Assembly: GCA_964016885.1 (NCBI GenBank)
Contig: OZ024743.1
Span: 135,408,001-135,472,000, forward strand
DNA: 64,000 nt
Direction of reading: 5' to 3'
Source of the DNA: Eledone cirrhosa
Lineage: Eukaryota
Shown one piece after another: positions 24,781 through 38,800 of the stretch. Within the stretch, counting starts at the first letter, position 1. Every line of letters begins with the position of its first letter. The notes below the pieces were generated by a model. The model was not told where the DNA came from. It was given only the letters and a program-made list of their open reading frames with translations, and did not search any database. Position numbers and translations under genes: made by a program.

Positions 24781-25659
24781 TGTTTTGTGTTTGGTGTTTG
24801 GTGCTTGGTGTATGTACTTGGTGCTTGTTGCTTGGTGTTTGGTGCTTGGTTCTTGGTGTTTGGTGATTGGTGCTTGGTGCTTGGTGTTTGGTGCTTGGTG
24901 CTTGTTGTTTGGTACTTGGTGCTTGGTGTTTGGTGTTTGGTGCTTGGTGTATGGTGCTTGGTGCTTGGTGCTTGGTGTTAAGTGTTTGGTGATTGGTGCT
25001 TGGTGTTTGGTGCTTGGTGCTTGGTGCTTGGTGTTTGGTGCATGGTGCTTGGTGTTTGGTGCTTGGTGCCTGGTGCTTGGTGTTTGGTCCTTGGTGCTTG
25101 GTGCTTGGTCTTTGGTGCTTGGGGTTTGGTGTTTGGCGCTTGGTGCTTGGTGTTTGGTGCTTGGTGCTTGGTGCTTGGTGCTTGGTGTTTGGTGCTTGGT
25201 GCTTGGTGCTTGGTGTTTGGTGCTTGGTGTTTGGTGCTTGGTGCTTGGTGATTAGTGTTTGGTGATTGGTGCTTCGTGTTTGGTGTTTGGTGCTTGGTGT
25301 TTGGTGCTTGGTGCTTGCTGTTTGGTGTTTGGTGTTTGGTTCTTGGTGCTTGGTGTTTGGTGTTTGGTGTTTGGTGCTTGGTGCTTGGTGCTTGGTGTTT
25401 GGTGCTTGGTGTTTGGTGCTGCGTGCTTGGTGTTTGGTGTTTGGTGCTTGGTGCCTGGTGCTTGTGGTTTGGTGTTTGGTGCTTGGTGCTTGGTTTTTGG
25501 TGTTTGGTGCTTGGTGCCTGGTGCTTGTTGTTTGGTGTTTGGTGCTTGGTGCTTGGTGCTTGGTGTTTGGTGCTTGGTGCTTGGTATCTGGTGTTTGGTG
25601 CTTGGTGTTTGGTGTTTGGTGCTTGGTGCTTGGTGCTTGGTGTTTGGTGTTTGGTTCCT

Positions 25660-28600
25660 GGTGATTGGTGTTTGGTGTTTGGTGTTTGGTGCTTGGTGCT
25701 TGGTTCTTGGTGTTTGGCGTTTGGTGATTGGGGTTTGGTGTTTGGTGCTTGGTGCTTGGTTTTTGGTGTTTGGTGCTTGGTACCTGGTGCTTGTTGTTCG
25801 GTGTTTGGTGCTTGGTGCTTGGTGTTTGGTGTTTGGTGCTTGGTACTTGGTGTTTGGTGTTTGGTGCTGGGTGCTTGGCGTTTGGTGCTTGGTGCTTGGT
25901 GCTTAGTGCTTGGTGTTTGGTGTTTGGTGTTTGGTGTTTGATGCTTGGTGTGTGCTGCTTGGTGCTTGGTGCTTGGTGTTTTGTGTTTGGTGCTTGGTGC
26001 TTGGTGCCTGGTTCTTGGTGCTTGGTGCTTGTTGTTTGGTGCTTGGTGCTTGGTGATTAGTGTTTGGTGCTTGGTGCTTGGGGTTTGCTGTTTGGTGTTT
26101 GGTGTTTGGTGCTTGGTGTTTGGTGCTTGGTGATTGGTGTTTGGTGTTTGGTGTTTGGTGCTTGGTGTCTGGTGTTTGGTGTTTGGTGTTTGGTGCTTGG
26201 TGCTTGGTGTTTGGGTTTTGGTGCTTGGTGCTTGGTGCTTGGTGTTTGGTGCTTGGTGTTTGGTGTTTGGTGCTTGGTGTTTGGTGCTTGGTGCTTGGTG
26301 CTTGGTGTTTTGTGTTTGGTGTTTGGTGCTTGGTGTATGTACTTGGTGCTTGTTGCTTGGTGTTTGGTGCTTGGTTCTTGGTGTTTGGTGATTGGTGCTT
26401 GGTGCTTGGTGTTTGGTGCTTGGTGCTTGGTGTTTGGTACTTGGTGCTTGGTGTTTGGTGTGTGGTGCTTGGTGTATGGTGCTTGGTGCTTGGTGCTTGG
26501 TGTTAAGTGTTTGGTGATTGGTGCTTGGTGTTTGGTGCTTGGTGCTTGGTGCTTGGTGTTTGGTGCATGGTGCTTGGTGTTTGGTGCTTTGTGCCTGGTG
26601 CTTGGTGTTTGGTCCTTGGTGCTTGGTGCTTGGTCTTTGGTGCTTGGGGTTTGGTGTTTGGCGCTTGGTGCTTGGTGTTTGGTGCTTGGTGCTTGGTGCT
26701 TGGTGTTTGGTGCTTGGTGCTTGGTGCTTGGTGTTTGGTGCTTGGTGCTTGGTGATTAGTGTTTGGTGATTGGTGCTTCGTGTTTGGTGTTTGGTGCTTG
26801 GTGTTTGGTGCTTGGTGCTTGCTGTTTGGTGTTTGGTGTTTGGTTCTTGGTGCTTGGTGTTTGGTGTTTGGTGTTTGGTGCTTGGTGCTTGGTGCTTGGT
26901 GCTTGGTGTTTGGTGCTTGGTGTTTGGTGCTGCGTGCTTGGTGTTTGGTGTTTGGTGCTTGGTGCCTGGTGCTTGTGGTTTGGTGTTTGGTGCTTAGTGC
27001 TTGCTGTTTGGTGTTTGGTGCTTGGTGCTTGGTGCCTGGTGTTTCGTGCTTGGTGCTTGGTGCTTGGTGTTTGGTGTTTGGTGCTTGGTGTTTGGTGTTT
27101 GGTACTTGGTGCTTGGTGCTTGGTGCTTGGTGTTTGGTGCTTGGTGCTTGGTGCTTGGTGTTTGATGCTGCATGCTTGGTGTTTGGTGTTTGGTGCTTGG
27201 TGCTTGGTTTTTGGTGTTTGGTGCTTGGTGCCTGGTGCTTGTTGTTTGGTGTTTGGTGCTTGGTGCTTGGTGCTTGGTGTTTGGTGCTTGGTGCTTGGTA
27301 TCTGGTGTTTGGTGCTTGGTGTTTGGTGTTTGGTGCTTGGTGCTTGGTGCTTGGTGTTTGATGTTTGGTTCCTGATGATTGGTGTTTGGTGCTTGGTGTT
27401 TGGTGTTTGATGTTTGATGCTTGGTGTTTGCTGTCTGGTGCTTGTTGCTTGGTTTTTTGTGTTTGGTGATTGGTGCTTGGTGCCTGGTGCTTGGTGCTTG
27501 GTGCTTGTTGTTTGGTGCTTGGTGCTTGGTGATTAGTTTTTGGTGCTTGGTGCTTGCGGTTTGGTGTTTGGTGCTTGGTGCTTGGTGTTTGGTGCTTGGT
27601 GCTTGGTGCTTGGTCTTTGGTGCTTGTTGCTTGGTGTTTGGTGCTTGGTGCTTGGTGTTTGGTGCTTGGTGTTTGGTGCTTGGTGCTTGGTGCTTGGTCC
27701 TTGGTGTTAGGTGTTTGGTGCTTGGTGCTTGGTGTTTGATGTTTGGTCCTTGGTGCTTGGTGTTTGGTGTTTGGTGCTTGGTGCTTGGTGTTTGGTGTTT
27801 GGTGCTTGCTGCTTGGTGCTTGGTGTTTTGTGTTTGGAGTTTGGTGCTTGGTGTTTGGTGCTTCGGTCTTGGTGCTTGGTGTTTGGTGCTTGATGCTTGG
27901 TGTTTGGTGCTTGGTGCCTGGTGCTTGGTGTTTGGTGCATGGTGCTTGGCGTTTGGTGATTGGTGCTTGGTGTTTGGTGCTTGGTGCTTGGTGCTTGGTG
28001 CTTGGTGTCAAGTGTTTGGTGCTTGGTGCTTGGTGTTTGATGTTTGGTGCTTGGTGCTTGGTGTTTGGTGTTTGGTGCTTGCTGCTTGGTCTTTGGTGTT
28101 TGGTGCTTGCTGCTTGCTGCTTGGTGTTTGGTGCTTGGTGATTGGTGTTTGGTGTTTGGTGCTAGGGGCTTGGTGCTTGGTGCTTGGTGTTTGGTGCTTG
28201 TTGCTTGCTGTTTGGTGTTTGGTGCTTGGTGCGTGGGACTTCGTGTTTGGTGTTTGGTGCTTGGTGTTTGGTGCTTGGTGTTTGGGGCTTGGTGTTCGGT
28301 GCTTGGTGCTTGGTGCTTCGTGCTTGGTGTTTGGTGTTTGGTGCTGGTGCTTGGTGTTTGATGTTGGGTCCTTGGTGCTTGGTGTTTGGTGTTTGGTGCT
28401 TGGTGTTTGGTGTTTGGTGCTTGCTGCTTGCTGCTTGTTGTTTCGTTGTTTGTGATTGGTGCTTGGTGCTTGGTGTTTGGTGCTTGGTGCTTGGTGTTTG
28501 GTGTTTGGTGCTTGGAGCTTGGGGCTTGGTGTTTGGTGCTTGGTGCTTGGCGCTTGGTGTTTGGTGTTTGGTGTTTGGTGCTTGGTGTTTGGTGCTTGGT

Positions 28601-31600
28601 GCTTGGTGCTGGGTGGTTGGAGTTTGGTGCTTGGTGCTTGGTGTTTGGTGCTTGGTGCTTAGTGCTTGTTGTTTGGTGCTTGGTACTTGGGGCTTGGTCT
28701 TTGGTTCTTGGTGTTTGGTGTTTGGTGCTTGGTGCTTGGTGTTTGGTGCTTGGTGCTTGGTGCTGGGTGGTTGGTGTTTGGTGCTTGGTGCTTGGTGTTT
28801 GGTGCTTGGTGCTTGGTGCTTGGTGCTGGGTGGTTGGTTCTTGGTGCTTGGTCTTTGGTTCTTGGTGTTTGGTGTTTGGTGCTTGGTGCTTGGTGATTGG
28901 TGCTTGGTGCTTGGTGCTTGGTGTTTGGTGCTTGGTGCTTGGTGATTAGTGTTTGTTGTTTGGTGCTTGGGGTTTGGTGGTTGGTGCTTGGTGCTTGGTG
29001 TTTGGTGCTTGGTGTTTGGTGCATGGTGCTTGGTGTTTGGTGCTTGGTGCCTGGTGCTTGGTGTTTGGTCCTTGGTGCTTGGTGCTTGGTCTTTGGTGCT
29101 TGGGGTTTGGTGTTTGGCGCTTGGTGCTTGGTGTTTGGTGCTTGGTGCTTGGTGCTTGGTGCTTGGTGTTTGGTGCTTGGTGCTTGGTGCTTGGTGTTTG
29201 GTGCTTGGTGCTTGGTGATTAGTGTTTGGTGATTGGTGCTTCGTGTTTGGTGTTTGGTGCTTGGTGTTTGGTGCTTGGTGCTTGCTGTTTGGTGTTTGGT
29301 GTTTGGTTCTTGGTGCTTGGTGTTTGGTGTTTGGTGTTTGGTGCTTGGTGCTTGGTGCTTGGTGTTTGGTGCTTGGTGTTTGGTGCTGCGTGCTTGGTGT
29401 GTGGTGTTTGGTGCTTGGTGCCTGGTGCTTGTGGTTTGGTGTTTGGTGCTTAGTGCTTGCTGTTTGGTGTTTGGTGCTTGGTGCTTGGTGCCTGGTGTTT
29501 CGTGCTTGGTGCTTGGTGCTTGGTGTTTGGTGTTTGGTGCTTGGTGTTTGGTGTTTGGTGTTTGGTGCTTGGTGCTTGGTGCTTGGTGTTTGATGCTGCA
29601 TGCTTGGTGTTTGGTGTTTGGTGCTTGGTGCTTGGTTTTTGGTGTTTGGTGCTTGGTGCCTGGTGCTTGTTGTTTGGTGTTTGGTGCTTGGTGCTTGGTG
29701 CTTGGTGTTTGGTGCTTGGTGCTTGGTATCTGGTGTTTGGTGCTTGGTGTTTGGTGTTTGGTGCTTGGTGCTTGGTGCTTGGTGTTTGGTGTTTGGTTCC
29801 TGGTGATTGGTGTTTGGTGTTTGGTGTTTGGTGCTTGGTGCTTGGTTCTTGGTGTTTGGCGTTTGGTGATTGGGGCTTGGTGTTTGGTGCTTGGTGCTTG
29901 GTTTTTGGTGTTTGGTGCTTGGTACATGGTGCTTGTTGTTCGGTGTTTGGTGCTTGGTGCTTGGTGCTTGGTGTTTGGTGCTTGGTGTCTGGTGTTTGGT
30001 GCTTGGTGTTTGGTGTTTGGTGCTTGGTGCTTGGTGTTTGGTGTTTGGTGCTTGGTACTTGGTGTTTGGTGTTTGGTGCTGGGTGCTTGGCGTTTGGTGC
30101 TTGGTGCTTGGTGCTTAGTGCTTGGTGTTTGGTGTTTGGTGTTTGGTGTTTGATGCTTGGTGTGTGCTGCTTGGTGCTTGGTGCTTGGTGTTTTGTGTTT
30201 GGTGCTTGGTGCTTGGTGCCTGGTTCTTGGTGCTTGGTGCTTGTTGTTTGGTGCTTGGTGCTTGGTGATTAGTGTTTGGTGCTTGGTGCTTGGGGTTTGC
30301 TGTTTGGTGTTTGGTGTTTGGTGCTTGGTGTTTGGTGCTTGGTGATTGGTGTTTGGTGTTTGGTGTTTGGTGCTTGGTGTCTGGTGTTTGGTGTTTGGTG
30401 TTTGGTGCTTGGTGCTTGGTGTTTGGGTTTTGGTGCTTGGTGCTTGGTGTTTGGTGTTTGGTGCTTGGTGTTTGGTGTTTGGTGCTTGGTGTTTGGTGCT
30501 TACTGCTTGGTGCTTGGTGTTTTGTGTTTGGTGTTTGGTGCTTGGTGTATGTACTTGGTGCTTGTTGCTTGGTGTTTGGTGCTTGGTTCTTGGTGTTTGG
30601 TGATTGGTGCTTGGTGCTTGGTGTTTGGTGCTTGGTGCTTGGTGTTTGGTACTTGGTGCTTGGTGTTTGGTGTGTGGTGCTTGGTGTATGGTGCTTGGTG
30701 CTTGGTGCTTGGTGTTAAGTGTTTGGTGATTGGTGCTTGGTGTTTGGTGCTTGGTGCTTGGTGCTTGGTGTTTGGTGCATGGTGCTTGGTGTTTGGTGCT
30801 TGGTGCCTGGTGCTTGGTGTTTGGTCCTTGGTGCTTGGTGCTTGGTCTTTGGTGCTTGGGATTTGGTGTTTGGCGCTTGGTGCTTGGTGTTTGGTGCTTG
30901 GTGCTTGGTGCTTGGTGCTTGGTGTTTGGTGCTTGGTGCTTGGTGCTTGGTGTTTGGTGCTTGGTGCTTGGTGATTAGTGTTTGGTGATTGGTGCTTCGT
31001 GTTTGGTGTTTGGTGCTTGGTGTTTGGTGCTTGGTGCTTGCTGTTTGGTGTTTGGTGTTTGGTTCTTGGTGCTTGGTGTTTGGTGTTTGGTGTTTGGTGC
31101 TTGGTGCTTGGTGCTTGGTGTTTGGTGCTTGGTGTAAGGTGCTGCGTGCTTGGTGTTTGGTGTTTGGTGCTTGGTGCCTGGTGCTTGTGGTTTGGTGTTT
31201 GGTGCTTAGTGCTTGCTGTTTGGTGTTTGGTGTTTGGTGCTTGGTGCTTGGTGCCTGGTGTTTCGTGCTTGGTGCTTGGTGCTTGGTGTTTGGTGTTTGG
31301 TGCTTGGTGTTTGGTGTTTGGTACTTGGTGCTTGGTGCTTGGTGCTTGGTGTTTGGTGCTTGGTGCTTGGTGCTTGGTGTTTGATGCTGCATGCTTGGTG
31401 TTTGGTGTTTGGTGCTTGGTGCTTGGTTTTTGGTGTTTGGTGCTTGGTGCCTGGTGCTTGTTGTTTGGTGTTTGGTGCTTGGTGCTTGGTGCTTGGTGTT
31501 TGGTGCTTGGTGCTTGGTATCTGGTGTTTGGTGCTTGGTGTTTGGTGTTTGGTGCTTGGTGCTTGGTGCTTGGTGTTTGATGTTTGGTTCCTGGTGATTG

Positions 31601-34600
31601 GTGTTTGGTGCTTGGTGTTTGGTGTTTGATGTTTGATGCTTGGTGTTTGCTGTCTGGTGCTTGTTGCTTGGTTTTTTGTGTTTGGTGATTGGTGCTTGGT
31701 GCCTGGTGCTTGGTGCTTGGTGCTTGTTGTTTGGTGCTTGGTGCTTGGTGATTAGTTTTTGGTGCTTGGTGCTTGCGGTTTGGTGTTTGGTGCTTGGGGT
31801 TTGGTGTTTGGTGCTTGGTGCTTGGTGTTTGGTGCTTGGTGCTTGGTGCTTGGTCTTTGGTGCTTGTTGCTTGGTGTTTGGTGCTTAGTGCTTGGTGTTT
31901 GGTGCTTGGTGTTTGGTGCTTGGTGCTTGGTGCTTGGTCCTTGGTGTTAGGTGTTTGGTGCTTGGTGCTTGGTGTTTGATGTTTGGTCCTTGGTGCTTGG
32001 TGTTTGGTGTTTGGTGCTTGGTGCTTGGTGTTTGGTGTTTGGTGCTTGCTGCTTGGTGCTTGGTGTTTTGTGTTTGGAGTTTGGTGCTTGGTGTTTGGTG
32101 CTTCGGTCTTGGTGCTTGGTGTTTGGTGCTTGATGCTTGGTGTTTGGTGCTTGGTGCCTGGTGCTTGGTGTTTGGTGCATGGTGCTTGGCGTTTGGTGAT
32201 TGGTGCTTGGTGTTTGGTGCTTGGTGCTTGGTGCTTGGTGCTTGGTGTCAAGTGTTTGGTGCTTGGTGCTTGGTGTTTGATGTTTGGTGCTTGGTGCTTG
32301 GTGTTTGGTGTTTGGTGCTTGCTGCTTGGTCTTTGGTGTTTGGTGCTTGCTGCTTGCTGCTTGGTGTTTGGTGCTTGGTGATTGGTGTTTGGTGTTTGGT
32401 GCTAGGGGCTTGGTGCTTGGTGCTTGGTGTTTGGTGCTTGGTGCTTGGTGTTTGGTGTTTGGTGCTTGGAGCTTGGGGCTTGGTGTTTGGTGCTTGGTGC
32501 TTGGCGCTTGGTGTTTGGTGTTTGGTGTTTGGTGCTTGGTGTTTGGTGCTTGGTGCTTGGTGCTGGGTGGTTGGAGTTTGGTGCTTGGTGCTTGGTGTTT
32601 GGTGCTTGGTGCTTAGTGCTTGTTGTTTGGTGCTTGGTACTTGGGGCTTGGTCTTTGGTTCTTGGTGTTTGGTGTTTGGTGCTTGGTGCTTGGTGTTTGG
32701 TGCTTGGTGCTTGGTGCTGGGTGGTTGGTGTTTGGTGCTTGGTGCTTGGTGTTTGGTGCTTGGTGCTTGGTGCTTGGTGCTGGGTGGTTGGTGCTTGGTG
32801 CTTGGTCTTTGGTTCTTGGTGTTTGGTGTTTGGTGCTTGGTGCTTGGTGATTGGTGCTTGGTGCTTGGTGCTTGGTGTTTGGTGCTTGGTGCTTGGTGAT
32901 TAGTGTTTGTTGTTTGGTGCTTGGGGTTTGGTGGTTGGTGCTTGGTGCTTGGTGTTTGGTGCTTGGTGTTTGGTGCTTGGTGCTTGCTGTTTGGTGTTTG
33001 GTGTTTGGTTCTTGGTGCTTGGTGTTTGGTGTTTGGTGTTTGGTGCTTGGTGCTTGGTGCTTGGTGTTTGGTGCTTGGTGTTTGGTGCTGCGTGCTTGGT
33101 GTGTGGTGTTTGGTGCTTGGTGCCTGGTGCTTGTGGTTTGGTGTTTGGTGCTTAGTGCTTGCTGTTTGGTGTTTGGTGCTTGGTGCTTGGTGCCTGGTGT
33201 TTCGTGCTTGGTGCTTGGTGCTTGGTGTTTGGTGTTTGGTGCTTGGTGTTTGGTGTTTGGTGTTTGGTGCTTGGTGCTTGGTGCTTGGTGTTTGGTGCTT
33301 GGTGCTTGGTGCTTGGTGTTTGATGCTGCATGCTTGGTGTTTGGTGTTTGGTGCTTGGTGCTTGGTTTTTGGTGTTTGGTGCTTGGTGCCTGGTGCTTGT
33401 TGTTTGGTGTTTGGTGCTTGGTGCTTGGTGCTTGGTGTTTGGTGCTTGGTGCTTGGTATCTGGTGTTTGGTGCTTGGTGTTTGGTGTTTGGTGCTTGGTG
33501 CTTGGTGCTTGGTGTTTGGTGTTTGGTTCCTGGTGATTGGTGTTTGGTGTTTGGTGTTTGGTGCTTGGTGCTTGGTTCTTGGTGTTTGGCGTTTGGTGAT
33601 TGGGGCTTGGTGTTTGGTGCTTGGTGCTTGGTTTTTGGTGTTTGGTGCTTGGTACATGGTACTTGTTGTTCGGTGTTTGGTGCTTGGTGCTTGGTGCTTG
33701 GTGTTTGGTGCTTGGTGTCTGGTGTTTGGTGCTTGGTGTTTGGTGTTTGGTGCTTGGTGCTTGGTGTTTGGTGTTTGGTGCTTGGTACTTGGTGTTTGGT
33801 GTTTGGTGCTGGGTGCTTGGCGTTTGGTGCTTGGTGCTTGGTGCTTAGTGCTTGGTGTTTGGTGTTTGGTGTTTGGTGTTTGATGCTTGGTGTGTGCTGC
33901 TTGGTGCTTGGTGCTTGGTGTTTTGTGTTTGGTGCTTGGTGCTTGGTGCCTGGTTCTTGGTGCTTGGTGCTTGTTGTTTGGTGCTTGGTGCTTGGTGATT
34001 AGTGTTTGGTGCTTGGTGCTTGGGGTTTGCTGTTTGGTGTTTGGTGTTTGGTGCTTGGTGTTTGGTGCTTGGTGATTGGTGTTTGGTGTTTGGTGTTTGG
34101 TGCTTGGTGTCTGGTGTTTGGTGTTTGGTGTTTGGTGCTTGGTGCTTGGTGTTTGGGTTTTGGTGCTTGGTGCTTGGTGTTTGGTGTTTGGTGCTTGGTG
34201 TTTGGTGTTTGGTGCTTGGTGTTTGGTGCTTACTGCTTGGTGCTTGGTGTTTTGTGTTTGGTGTTTGGTGCTTGGTGTATGTACTTGGTGCTTGTTGCTT
34301 GGTGTTTGGTGCTTGGTTCTTGGTGTTTGGTGATTGGTGCTTGGTGCTTGGTGTTTGGTGCTTGGTGCTTGGTGTTTGGTACTTGGTGCTTGGTGTTTGG
34401 TGTGTGGTGCTTGGTGTATGGTGCTTGGTGCTTGGTGCTTGGTGTTAAGTGTCTGGTGATTGGTGCTTGGTGTTTGGTGCTTGGTGCTTGGTGCTTGGTG
34501 TTTGGTGCATGGTGCTTGGTGTTTGGTGCTTGGTGCCTGGTGCTTGGTGTTTGGTCCTTGGTGCTTGGTGCTTGGTCTTTGGTGCTTGGGATTTGGTGTT

Positions 34601-35880
34601 TGGCGCTTGGTGCTTGGTGTTTGGTGCTTGGTGCTTGGTGCTTGGTGCTTGGTGTTTGGTGCTTGGTGCTTGGTGCTTGGTGTTTGGTGCTTGGTGCTTG
34701 GTGATTAGTGTTTGGTGATTGGTGCTTCGTGTTTGGTGTTTGGTGCTTGGTGTTTGGTGCTTGGTGCTTGCTGTTTGGTGTTTGGTGTTTGGTTCTTGGT
34801 GCTTGGTGTTTGGTGTTTGGTGTTTGGTGCTTGGTGCTTGGTGCTTGGTGTTTGGTGCTTGGTGTTTGGTGCTGCGTGCTTGGTGTTTGGTGTTTGGTGC
34901 TTGGTGCCTGGTGCTTGTGGTTTGGTGTTTGGTGCTTAGTGCTTGCTGTTTGGTGTTTGGTGTTTGGTGCTTGGTGCTTGGTGCCTGGTGTTTCGTGCTT
35001 GGTGCTTGGTGCTTGGTGTTTGGTGTTTGGTGCTTGGTGTTTGGTGTTTGGTACTTGGTGCTTGGTGCTTGGTGCTTGGTGTTTGGTGCTTGGTGCTTGG
35101 TGCTTGGTGTTTGATGCTGCATGCTTGGTGTTTGGTGTTTGGTGCTTGGTGCTTGGTTTTTGGTGTTTGGTGCTTGGTGCCTGGTGCTTGTTGTTTGGTG
35201 TTTGGTGCTTGGTGCTTGGTGCTTGGTGTTTGGTGCTTGGTGCTTGGTATCTGGTGTTTCGTGCTTGGTGTTTGGTGTTTGGTGCTTGGTGCTTGGTGCT
35301 TGGTGTTTGATGTTTGGTTCCTGGTGATTGGTGTTTGGTGCTTGGTGTTTGGTGTTTGATGTTTGATGCTTGGTGTTTGCTGTCTGGTGCTTGTTGCTTG
35401 GTTTTTTGTGTTTGGTGATTGGTGCTTGGTGCCTGGTGCTTGGTGCTTGGTGCTTGTTGTTTGGTGCTTGGTGCTTGGTGATTAGTTTTTGGTGCTTGGT
35501 GCTTGCGGTTTGGTGTTTGGTGCTTGGGGTTTGGTGTTTGGTGCTTGGTGCTTGGTGTTTGGTGCTTGGTGCTTGGTGCTTGGTCTTTGGTGCTTGTTGC
35601 TTGGTGTTTGGTGCTTGGTGCTTGGTGTTTGGTGCTTGGTGTTTGGTGCTTGGTGCTTGGTGCTTGGTCCTTGGTGTTAGGTGTTTGGTGCTTGGTGCTT
35701 GGTGTTTGATGTTTGGTCCTTGGTGCTTGGTGTTTGGTGTTTGGTGCTTGGTGCTTGGTGTTTGGTGTTTGGTGCTTGCTGCTTGGTGCTTGGTGTTTTG
35801 TGTTTGGAGTTTGGTGCTTGGTGTTTGGTGCTTCGGTCTTGGTGCTTGGTGTTTGGAGCTTGATGCTTGGTGTTTGGTGC
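25660..35880. repeat. Higher-order repeat, about 4.2 kb then about 3.7 kb period (domain B), about 2.5 copies
   Basis: ORFs at 26060/30272/34002 (offsets 4212, 3730), 26134/30346/34076 and 27707/31947. Private markers are TGTCAAGTG (about 28007, 32247) and GGGATTTGG (30858, 34588). Confidence 0.85.
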
Positions 35881-38800
35881 TTGGTGCTTGGTGATTGGTC
35901 TTTGGTGTTTGGTGCTTGCTGCTTGCTGCTTGGTGTTTGGTGCTTGGTGATTGGTGTTTGGTGTTTGGTGCTAGGGGCTTGGTGCTTGGTGCTTGGTGTT
36001 TGGTGCTTGGTGCTTGCTGTTTGGTGTTTGGTGCTTGGTGCGTGGGACTTCGTGTTTGGTGTTTGGTGCTTGGTGTTTGGTGCTTGGTGTTTGGGGCTTG
36101 GTGTTCGGTGCTTGGTGCTTGGTGCTTCGTGCTTGGTGTTTGGTGTTTGGTGCTGGTGCTTGGTGTTTGATGTTGGATCCTTGGTGCTTGGTGTTTGGTG
36201 TTTGGTGCTTGGTGTTTGGTGTTTGGTGCTTGCTGCTTCCTGCTTGTTGTTTCGTTTTTTGTGATTGGTGCTTGGTGCTTGGTGTTTGGTGCTTGGTGCT
36301 TGGTGTTTGGTGTTTGGTGCTTGGTGCTTGGGGCTTGGTGTTTGGTGCTTAGTGCTTGGTGCTTGGTGTTTGGTGTTTGGTGTTTGGTGCTTGGTGTTTG
36401 GTGCTTGGTGCTTGGTGCTGGGTGGTTGGAGTTTGGTGCTTGGTGCTTGGTGTTTGGTGCTTGGTGCTTAGTGCTTGTGTTTGGTGCTTGGTACTTGGGG
36501 CTTGGTCTTTGGTTCTCGGTGTTTGGTGTTTGGTGCTTGGTGCTTGGTGTTTGGTGCTTGGTGCTTGGTGCTGGGTGGTTGGTGTTTGGTGCTTGGTGCT
36601 TGGTGTTTGGTGTTTGGTGTTTGGTGCTTGGTGCTTGGTGTTTGGTGCTTGGTGCTTGGTGCTTGGTGTTTGGTGCTTGGTGTATGTACTTGGTGCTTGT
36701 TGCTTGGTGTTTGGTGCTTGGTTCTTGGTGTTTGGTGATTGGTGCTTGGTGCTTGGTGTTTGGTGCTTGGTGCTTGGTACTTGGTGCTTGGTGTTTGGTG
36801 TGTGGTGCTTGGTGTATGGTGCTTGGTGCTTGGTGCTTGGTGTTAAGTGTTTGGTGATTGGTGCTTGGTGTTTGGTGCTTGGTGCTTGGTGCTTGGTGTT
36901 TGGTGCATGGTGCTTGGTGTTTGGTGCTTGGTGCCTGGTGCTTGGTGTTTGGTCCTTGGTGCTTGGTGCTTGGTCTTTGGTGCTTGGGGTTTGGTGTTTG
37001 GCGCTTGGTGCTTGGTGTTTGGTGCTTGGTGCTTGGTGCTTGGTGCTTGGTGTTTGGTGCTTGGTGCTTGGTGCTTGGTGTTTGGTGCTTGGTGCTTGGT
37101 GATTAGTGTTTGGTGATTGGTGCTTCGTGTTTGGTGTTTGGTGCTTGGTGTTTGGTGCTTGGTGCTTGCTGTTTGGTGTTTGGTGTTTGGTACTTGGTGC
37201 TTGGTATTTGGTGTTTGGTGTTTGGTGCTTGGTGCTTGGTGCTTGGTGTTTGGTGCTTGGTGTTTGGTGCTGCGTGCTTGGTGTTTGGTGTTTGGTGCTT
37301 GGTGCCTGGTGCTTGTGGTTTGGTGTTTGGTGCTTAGTGCTTGCTGTTTGGTGTTTGGTGTTTGGTGCTTGGTGCTTGGTGCCTGGTGTTTCGTGCTTGG
37401 TGCTTGGTGCTTGGTGTTTGGTGTTTGGTGCTTGGTGTTTGGTGTTTGGTACTTGGTGCTTGGTGCTTGGTGCTTGGTGTTTGGTGCTTGGTGCTTGGTG
37501 CTTGGTGTTTGGTGTTTGGTGTTTGGTGCTTGGTGTTTGGTGCTTGGTGCTTGGTGCTGGGTGGTTGGAGTTTGGTGCTTGGTGCTTGGTGTTTGGTGCT
37601 TGGTGCTTAGTGCTTGTTGTTTGGTGCTTGGTACTTGGGGCTTGGTCTTTGGTTCTTGGTGTTTGGTGTTTGGTGCTTGGTGCTTGGTGTTTGGTGCTTG
37701 GTGCTTGGTGCTGGGTGGTTGGTGTTTGGTGCTTGGTGCTTGGTGTTTGGTGCTTGGTGCTTGGTGCTTGGTGCTGGGTGGTTGGTGCTTGGTGCTTGGT
37801 CTTTGGTTCTTGGTGTTTGGTGTTTGGTGCTTGGTGCTTGGTGTTTGGTGCTTGGTGCTTGGTGCTTGGTGTTTGGTGCTTGGTGTATGTACTTGGTGCT
37901 TGTTGCTTGGTGTTTGGTGCTTGGTTCTTGGTGTTTGGTGATTGGTGCTTGGTGCCTGGTGCTTGGTGCTTGGTGCTTGTTGTTTGGTGCTTGGTGCTTG
38001 GTGATTAGTTTTTGGTGCTTGGTGCTTGCGGTTTGGTGTTTGGTGCTTGGGGTTTGGTGTTTGGTGCTTGGTGCTTGGTGTTTGGTGCTTGGTGCTTGGT
38101 GCTTGGTCTTTGGTGCTTGTTGCTTGGTGTTTGGTGCTTGGTGCTTGGTGTTTGGTGCTTGGTGTTTGGTGCTTGGTGCTTGGTGCTTGGTCCTTGGTGT
38201 TAGGTGTTTGGTGCTTGGTGCTTGGTGTTTGATGTTTGGTCCTTGGTGCTTGGTGTTTGGTGTTTGGTGCTTGGTGCTTGGTGTTTGGTGTTTGGTGCTT
38301 GCTGCTTGGTGCTTGGTGTTTTGTGTTTGGAGTTTGGTGCTTGGTGTTTGGTGCTTCGGTCTTGGTGCGTGGGACTTCGTGTTTGGTGTTTGGTGCTTGG
38401 TGTTTGGTGCTTGGTGTTTGGGGCTTGGTGTTCGGTGCTTGGTGCTTGGTGCTTCGTGCTTGGTGTTTGGTGTTTGGTGCTGGTGCTTGGTGTTTGATGT
38501 TGGTTCCTTGGTGCTTGGTGTTTGGTGTTTGGTGCTTGGTGTTTGGTGTTTGGTGCTTGCTGCTTCCTGCTTGTTGTTTCGTTTTTTGTGATTGGTGCTT
38601 GGTGCTTGGTGTTTGGTGCTTGGTGCTTGGTGTTTGGTGTTTGGTGCTTGGTGCTTGGGGCTTGGTGTTTGGTGCTTAGTGCTTGGTGCTTGGTGTTTGG
38701 TGTTTGGTGTTTGGTGCTTGGTGTTTGGTGCTTGGTGCTTGGTGCTGGGTGGTTGGAGTTTGGTGCTTGGTGCTTGGTGTTTGGTGCTTGGTGCTTAGTG

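Noticed and set aside
2543-28622. Chi-like motifs (GCATGGTGGCTGGTG at about 2543, GCTGGGTGG at about 28608)
   Set aside because: No exact E. coli Chi GCTGGTGG was seen. Near-matches are expected from the consensus, and nothing indicates a bacterial context.
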